From: a virus
Taxonomy: Duplodnaviria; Heunggongvirae; Uroviricota; Caudoviricetes
Reading direction: 5' to 3' (one strand)
Length of the DNA: 21,707 nucleotides
IMG/VR virus record: IMGVR_UViG_2529292922_000023
The number at the start of each line of letters is the position of its first letter. The stretch's first letter is position 1. A program made the translations under genes and the position numbers. The notes beneath the pieces were generated by a model. That model saw only the letters and a list, made by a program, of their open reading frames with translations, did no database searches and had not been told where the DNA came from. This document shows positions 17,606 through 21,707 of this stretch, in pieces.

Positions 17606-18352
17606 ATGAACATAGTAACGATCAATAACAAACAGCTTCCGGCAGTCGAATATCGCGGTCAGCGTGTTGTGACGCTGGCGATGATTGATGAAGTCCACCA
17701 GCGACCGGAAGGAACAGCGCGTGCAGCATTCAACCGAAACCGTGAGCATTTCATCAGCGGTGTGGATTATGCCGAATTAGGTGCGGACGTAATACGTACG
17801 GACCTCCCGGAAGGAACATTCTCTAAATTTGCACCATCAGGGATTGTACTTTTTGAATCAGGTTACCTGATGTTGACGAAGCCATTCAATGACGCCCTTG
17901 CCTGGCAGGTTCAGCGCGAACTGGTTAACAGCTACTTCCGCACTCGCACACCGCTAACGGAAATCGAGATGATCGCTGCGATAGCCGCCGACGCTGTTCG
18001 TCAACAGAAGCGCCTGAATCATGTGGAAGAACAGCTCGAAACAGTCACAGAAGCGGTGGAAACCATCAAACGCGGAAATATGCGCGCCGGATATGTCGGT
18101 TATCGCCAGGTGGTCGCCAAAAGCGGAATGACTGATGCTAAGTGCCGCAATCTGGTCAATGCCTACAGCATCCCAACCGATACGCACGAATTTATGACAC
18201 CAGATGGTCTTCTTTCGCGCCGGGCTATCGTGGAGCTGGAGCCATTCATGAAAGCATTTCATCAGATGATGTCAGAGGCAGAGCCACGTGGTACCCGCTG
18301 GTATCACCCGAAGATGGGGCTGTTTCAGGTGATTGGTTGGGAGGGTAAATAA
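17606..18352 (+). CDS. ORF6N/antirepressor-like domain protein
   Basis: N-terminal region (NNKQLPAVEYRGQRVVTLAMIDEVHQRPEGTARAAFNRNREHFISGVDY) resembles ORF6N/Ant-type N-terminal DNA-binding domains of phage antirepressors. Confidence 0.5.
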   Translation: MNIVTINNKQLPAVEYRGQRVVTLAMIDEVHQRPEGTARAAFNRNREHFISGVDYAELGADVIRTDLPEGTFSKFAPSGIVLFESGYLMLTKPFNDALAWQVQRELVNSYFRTRTPLTEIEMIAAIAADAVRQQKRLNHVEEQLETVTEAVETIKRGNMRAGYVGYRQVVAKSGMTDAKCRNLVNAYSIPTDTHEFMTPDGLLSRRAIVELEPFMKAFHQMMSEAEPRGTRWYHPKMGLFQVIGWEGK

Positions 18353-18690
18353 TGTCACTCATTACACAAAATTTCCGCCTCAATGCGCTGGCAAATCAGT
18401 ATGCGGCGGCACTGCACAACCACATATCCGCCACCAGCGGTGGTCATTTCCTGATTAATGTCAATGGGCAATCCATACGAGTAAACATCATCGGTGGGGT
18501 TAAAGGCATCAGGGACTTAATCGATGGTTATGCTCTGAAGGCTATCAAAGAAAATTACCCCCAATGGGAAGCCGTTGGTATTCAACTGTTAAGCAAATGC
18601 GTTCGTGGAAACGAGCTGACGCAAAGCGGCAAAGAAATCTGGCAGAGCATGGTCAACGACATGAGCGATACCGTTATGGGGAACATGTAA
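18352..18690 (+). CDS. Hypothetical protein (112 aa)
   Basis: ATG overlaps the upstream stop; same strand and operon context. Confidence 0.5.
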   Translation: MSLITQNFRLNALANQYAAALHNHISATSGGHFLINVNGQSIRVNIIGGVKGIRDLIDGYALKAIKENYPQWEAVGIQLLSKCVRGNELTQSGKEIWQSMVNDMSDTVMGNM

Positions 18691-18912
18691 ATGAAAATCC
18701 AATACCAGGACTATGGCGCCGTAGCGAACATCGTGATCACCAGTTCCTGCCTGACATTGCAAAAGCATAACCGCGTTGTTGATGCGGTGCTGTTTAATGT
18801 ACAGGGGATCTCTGAAAACCGCAGCGGCTTTTTCTGGGTTAAGTCATCGTTGTCAGGAAAAACACGCGACATCCTGCGCGCCTACAAAATCGTACAGCGG
18901 GAGGCAAAGTGA
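18691..18912 (+). CDS. Hypothetical protein (73 aa)
   Basis: ATG directly follows the upstream stop; operon context. Confidence 0.5.
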   Translation: MKIQYQDYGAVANIVITSSCLTLQKHNRVVDAVLFNVQGISENRSGFFWVKSSLSGKTRDILRAYKIVQREAK

Positions 18913-19007
18913 TGAAGTCATTCCTCCTGTCCATACTGTTTAGTCTGCTGCTGGCGTCCGTCGTTTTCGGTACGCTGATTGAATATAAATTTTTAATGAA
19001 TTACTGA
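18912..19007 (+). CDS. Small hydrophobic peptide (31 aa, single predicted TM helix)
   Basis: ATG overlaps the upstream stop (ATGA); translation MKSFLLSILFSLLLASVVFGTLIEYKFLMNY; not in the ORF track because it is under 60 aa. Confidence 0.35.
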   Translation: MKSFLLSILFSLLLASVVFGTLIEYKFLMNY

Positions 19008-19015
19008 GGTGCGGG

Positions 19016-19170
19016 GTGGGCAAGATCAAAAACCCAGTTGTACTTATCCATAAGCGAGAAAATAGTGACTCCTACGCCGTTACAATCACCTGCGGTAGCC
19101 AGAACTATCACGACGCCGTTCTGATGGCGTCGATGGAACTGGATATGAGTGACGATGATGTCGATACCTA
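19016..19170 (+). CDS. Possible small acidic protein (about 51 aa, GTG start)
   Basis: GAGGTG 5 nt upstream of GTG; acidic C-terminus (ELDMSDDDVDT); same strand as the operon whereas the ORF-track alternatives are antisense. Confidence 0.25.
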
Positions 19171-19189
19171 GAGTAAAACAGGCTATTAC

Positions 19190-19645
19190 ATGGCTGAAGA
19201 AATCGAGCGACTGAAACAAGCACTTTCCGCTGCGGAAAATAATCTGATTGATTCCGAATGCCTCGTAGCTGAATTAAGCAAAGCAAAGGATCACGCATAT
19301 GGGCTGGTCGACACATACGACTGGCAACGTCAGCGTCTCCACGCAGCCGCTGAGAAAGTCCTCAAATGGTGCAGACAAGAAGCTGAACACCGTACCGGCG
19401 ATCCAGAGAAAGCAGAAAACTATGCGTGCGTTAAAGAACTACGCGACGCATTAACTTTTTGCAAAAGTTCTGAAAGCAGCAAGAAGAAAGGCCTGACTAT
19501 CACCCTGCCCGATATCACATCAAAGGCATTCTGGAGCGGTACCGGAAAAAACGCAAAATTCCATCCGGCAACCTATAAACGCTGGGTGAAAGAAGCTATT
19601 AAACGGGATTGTGTTATTGCCGGGATCGGCGTGGAGGTGAAATGA
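19190..19645 (+). CDS. Hypothetical protein (151 aa)
   Basis: Long ORF in operon orientation; weak RBS; no family recognised. Confidence 0.45.
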   Translation: MAEEIERLKQALSAAENNLIDSECLVAELSKAKDHAYGLVDTYDWQRQRLHAAAEKVLKWCRQEAEHRTGDPEKAENYACVKELRDALTFCKSSESSKKKGLTITLPDITSKAFWSGTGKNAKFHPATYKRWVKEAIKRDCVIAGIGVEVK

Positions 19646-19728
19646 TGAATTGGCCTGAAGCATTCACCGCAGTAGGAGTTGCAATAGCGGTGGCATTTAT
19701 TCTGTATTCGCTTTTCCGCTGGGGATAA
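19642..19728 (+). CDS. Small hydrophobic peptide (28 aa, single predicted TM helix)
   Basis: GGAGG RBS; ATG overlaps the upstream stop; translation MMNWPEAFTAVGVAIAVAFILYSLFRWG. Confidence 0.35.
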   Translation: MMNWPEAFTAVGVAIAVAFILYSLFRWG

Positions 19729-19732
19729 AGGA

Positions 19733-19975
19733 ATGTTCGCTCTGATTCAACGTGGTCAGATATACACCGATAGTGCTGGCTACCCGATAAAAATTATTCG
19801 CTGCATAAACAACACTGTGTTGTACAGAAGAATGGATGGGCGAACACAGTCGGTAAAAATAAACGATTTTAATGAACTGTTTGAACGGATCGATCACCAG
19901 GAATACCGACAAATTCTGGCAGAAACAGAGCAGGAAGCTCATCTGAAAAAATTACGAGCCATGAAAAGGAAGTAA
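19733..19975 (+). CDS. Hypothetical protein (80 aa)
   Basis: AAAGGA RBS before ATG 19733. Confidence 0.5.
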   Translation: MFALIQRGQIYTDSAGYPIKIIRCINNTVLYRRMDGRTQSVKINDFNELFERIDHQEYRQILAETEQEAHLKKLRAMKRK

Positions 19976-19978
19976 AGA

Positions 19979-20125
19979 ATGAATAAAGCATTTGAACGAT
20001 GGGTCCACCAGCGTTACGGCAATCGCTATGACCTGACACGAGATGTTGACGGTTTCTACTGTCGTGAAATTGTGAAACGAATGTTTGAAGTGTGGTGCCA
20101 CTGCCGTGGGCTGAGTGTTGTGTGA
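19979..20125 (+). CDS. Small Cys-containing hypothetical protein (48 aa)
   Basis: AAGGAAG RBS 6 nt before ATG 19979; contains WCHCRG. Confidence 0.35.
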   Translation: MNKAFERWVHQRYGNRYDLTRDVDGFYCREIVKRMFEVWCHCRGLSVV

Positions 20126-20132
20126 GGTTGGC

Positions 20133-20387
20133 ATGCAGACAATCATCTATCAGATAACCCCCAGCAAATGGTGTACGGAGAGAGTCCTCATTGCATCAAC
20201 AGGGCTAAAGCCTGGCACCATTGAGCGGGCAAGAAGAAAGTCATGGATGCAGGGAAAAGAATACCGCCATTACGCTGTAGAAGGTGATCCGGGGCACTAC
20301 AGTGAATGCCTGTACAACATCGAAGAAATTATGCGATGGATCGAAAACCAGAAACAACCAGGTGCCAAAAATGCAAGTTCCGGTTAA
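20133..20387 (+). CDS. xis: Excisionase-like protein (position-based)
   Basis: Small basic protein immediately upstream of int on the same strand; GAGG RBS before ATG 20133 (ORF-track start is an upstream GTG). Confidence 0.45.
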   Translation: MQTIIYQITPSKWCTERVLIASTGLKPGTIERARRKSWMQGKEYRHYAVEGDPGHYSECLYNIEEIMRWIENQKQPGAKNASSG

Positions 20388-20420
20388 CCTGTTAATGCTC
20401 CTGGACGTCTGGGAGGTTTA

Positions 20421-21707
20421 ATGAGTAACGCATCATACCCGACAGGCGTTGAAAACCATGGAGGATCACTCCGTATATGGTTTCACTATAATGGCAAACG
20501 TGTCAGAGAAAACCTCGGTGTTCCTGACACAGCCAAAAACCGGAAGATCGCTGGTGAACTTCGCACTTCCGTTTGTTTTGCAATCAGAATGGGGAGTTTC
20601 GACTACGCCGCGCAGTTCCCTAATTCCCCTAACCTGAAACACTTTGGTCTGGGAAAAAGAGAGATAACCGTTAAGGCACTTTCGGAAAAATGGTTGGACC
20701 TTAAGAAAATTGAGATTTGTGCGAATGCACTTAACCGTTACCAGTCAGTAATTAAAAACATGTTACCAATGTTAGGTGAAAAAAAACTGGTTTCATCCAT
20801 AACAAAAGAGGATTTACTTTTCGTAAGGAGAGATTTGTTGACCGGTTACCAAAAGCTTTCTAATGGAAAGACTTCTTCCATAAAAGGGCGCTCAGTGGTC
20901 ACGGTAAACTACTATATGACAACCATAGCTGGAATGTTTCAATTTGCAACAGATAATGGTTATACCTCAGGAAACCCATTTAACGGTCTGGCTCCCTTAA
21001 AAAAGTCCAAGGTAAAACCAGATCCTCTCACCCGTGACGAATTTATTCGTTTTATTGAGGCTTGCCGTCATCAACAAACAAAAAACCTGTGGATTCTCGC
21101 TGTATACACGGGTATTCGTCACGGGGAGTTGGTATCGCTGGCATGGGAAGATATAGACCTTAAAGCAAGGACTATAACCATCCGTAGAAATTATACAAAA
21201 CTTGGCGAATTCACTCCACCAAAAACCGATGCAGGCACCGGAAGGACAATTCATCTGGTTCAACCAGCTATTGATGCTCTTAAAAGCCAGGCGGAAATGA
21301 CCATGCTTGGAAAGCAACATTCTGTAGAGGTGAAGCAGAGGGAATATGGGAGAACTGCTGTGCATAAATGCACTTTTGTTTTTAGTCCTCAGGTAACAAA
21401 ACAGCAGCAGTTGTCCGGACCTCACTACAAGGTTGACTCCATCAGGGAGTCATGGACAAGTATCTTAAAACGCGCAGGTCTGAGACACAGAAAATCGTAC
21501 CAATCCAGGCATACTTATGCATGCTGGTCACTTGCCGCAGGAGCTAATCCTAGTTTTATCGCAAGCCAGATGGGCCACACAAACGCACAAATGGTATTCA
21601 ATGTTTACGGAGCATGGATGAAAGACAACAATCACGAACAGATAGAACTCCTTAACAAAAGACTATCTGAAAGTGTCCCATGTATGCCCCATAAGAAAGT
21701 TGGGTAA
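20421..21707 (+). CDS. int: Tyrosine site-specific integrase
   Basis: 428 aa; GGAGG RBS; C-terminal catalytic region with R (IRHGELVSLAWEDIDL), H-x-x-R (SRHTYACWSLAAGA) and Tyr (VFNVYGAW) signatures; the stop is the last codon of the window, so attachment-site DNA lies beyond it. Confidence 0.9.
   Translation: MSNASYPTGVENHGGSLRIWFHYNGKRVRENLGVPDTAKNRKIAGELRTSVCFAIRMGSFDYAAQFPNSPNLKHFGLGKREITVKALSEKWLDLKKIEICANALNRYQSVIKNMLPMLGEKKLVSSITKEDLLFVRRDLLTGYQKLSNGKTSSIKGRSVVTVNYYMTTIAGMFQFATDNGYTSGNPFNGLAPLKKSKVKPDPLTRDEFIRFIEACRHQQTKNLWILAVYTGIRHGELVSLAWEDIDLKARTITIRRNYTKLGEFTPPKTDAGTGRTIHLVQPAIDALKSQAEMTMLGKQHSVEVKQREYGRTAVHKCTFVFSPQVTKQQQLSGPHYKVDSIRESWTSILKRAGLRHRKSYQSRHTYACWSLAAGANPSFIASQMGHTNAQMVFNVYGAWMKDNNHEQIELLNKRLSESVPCMPHKKVG

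Noticed and set aside
19001-19316. Minus-strand ORFs 19001..19219 and 19086..19316
   Set aside because: Antisense to the early-left operon and overlapping plus-strand ORFs with RBS support; no independent evidence.

Overview
This window is a large part of a lambdoid prophage, a mosaic of lambda-like and phage 21-like modules, in an enterobacterial (E. coli-like, about 50% GC) background. Late genes run on the minus strand and immunity/early-left/integration genes on the plus strand. From left to right: portal N-terminus (runs off the window), gpW-like protein, lambda-family terminase large subunit, Nu1-like small subunit, a cos region resembling the lambda cos junction, a partial KilA-N-like ORF, a phage 21-type lysis cassette (Rz/Rz1, SAR endolysin, pinholin), a late leader with a tRNA-like fragment and a tR'-like terminator, an AT-rich opposite-strand moron (about 306 aa, unknown function) sitting between Q and the lysis genes, Q antiterminator, a 285-aa hypothetical, primase and SF2 helicase, a 122-aa hypothetical, an intact IS21-family element (istA/istB) with 5-bp target duplication inserted in an early gene, cro-like, cI-like repressor, a promoter/operator region followed by an HTH gene plus two small acidic genes, roughly 14 further early-left ORFs (several tiny membrane peptides), an excisionase-like gene and a tyrosine integrase ending at the window edge. 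The two strongest candidates for an undescribed system are the Q-S moron (5639..6559) and the IR-controlled HTH + small acidic protein operon next to cI (15227..16036). All family assignments come from reading the translations and recalled motifs; no database search was run.
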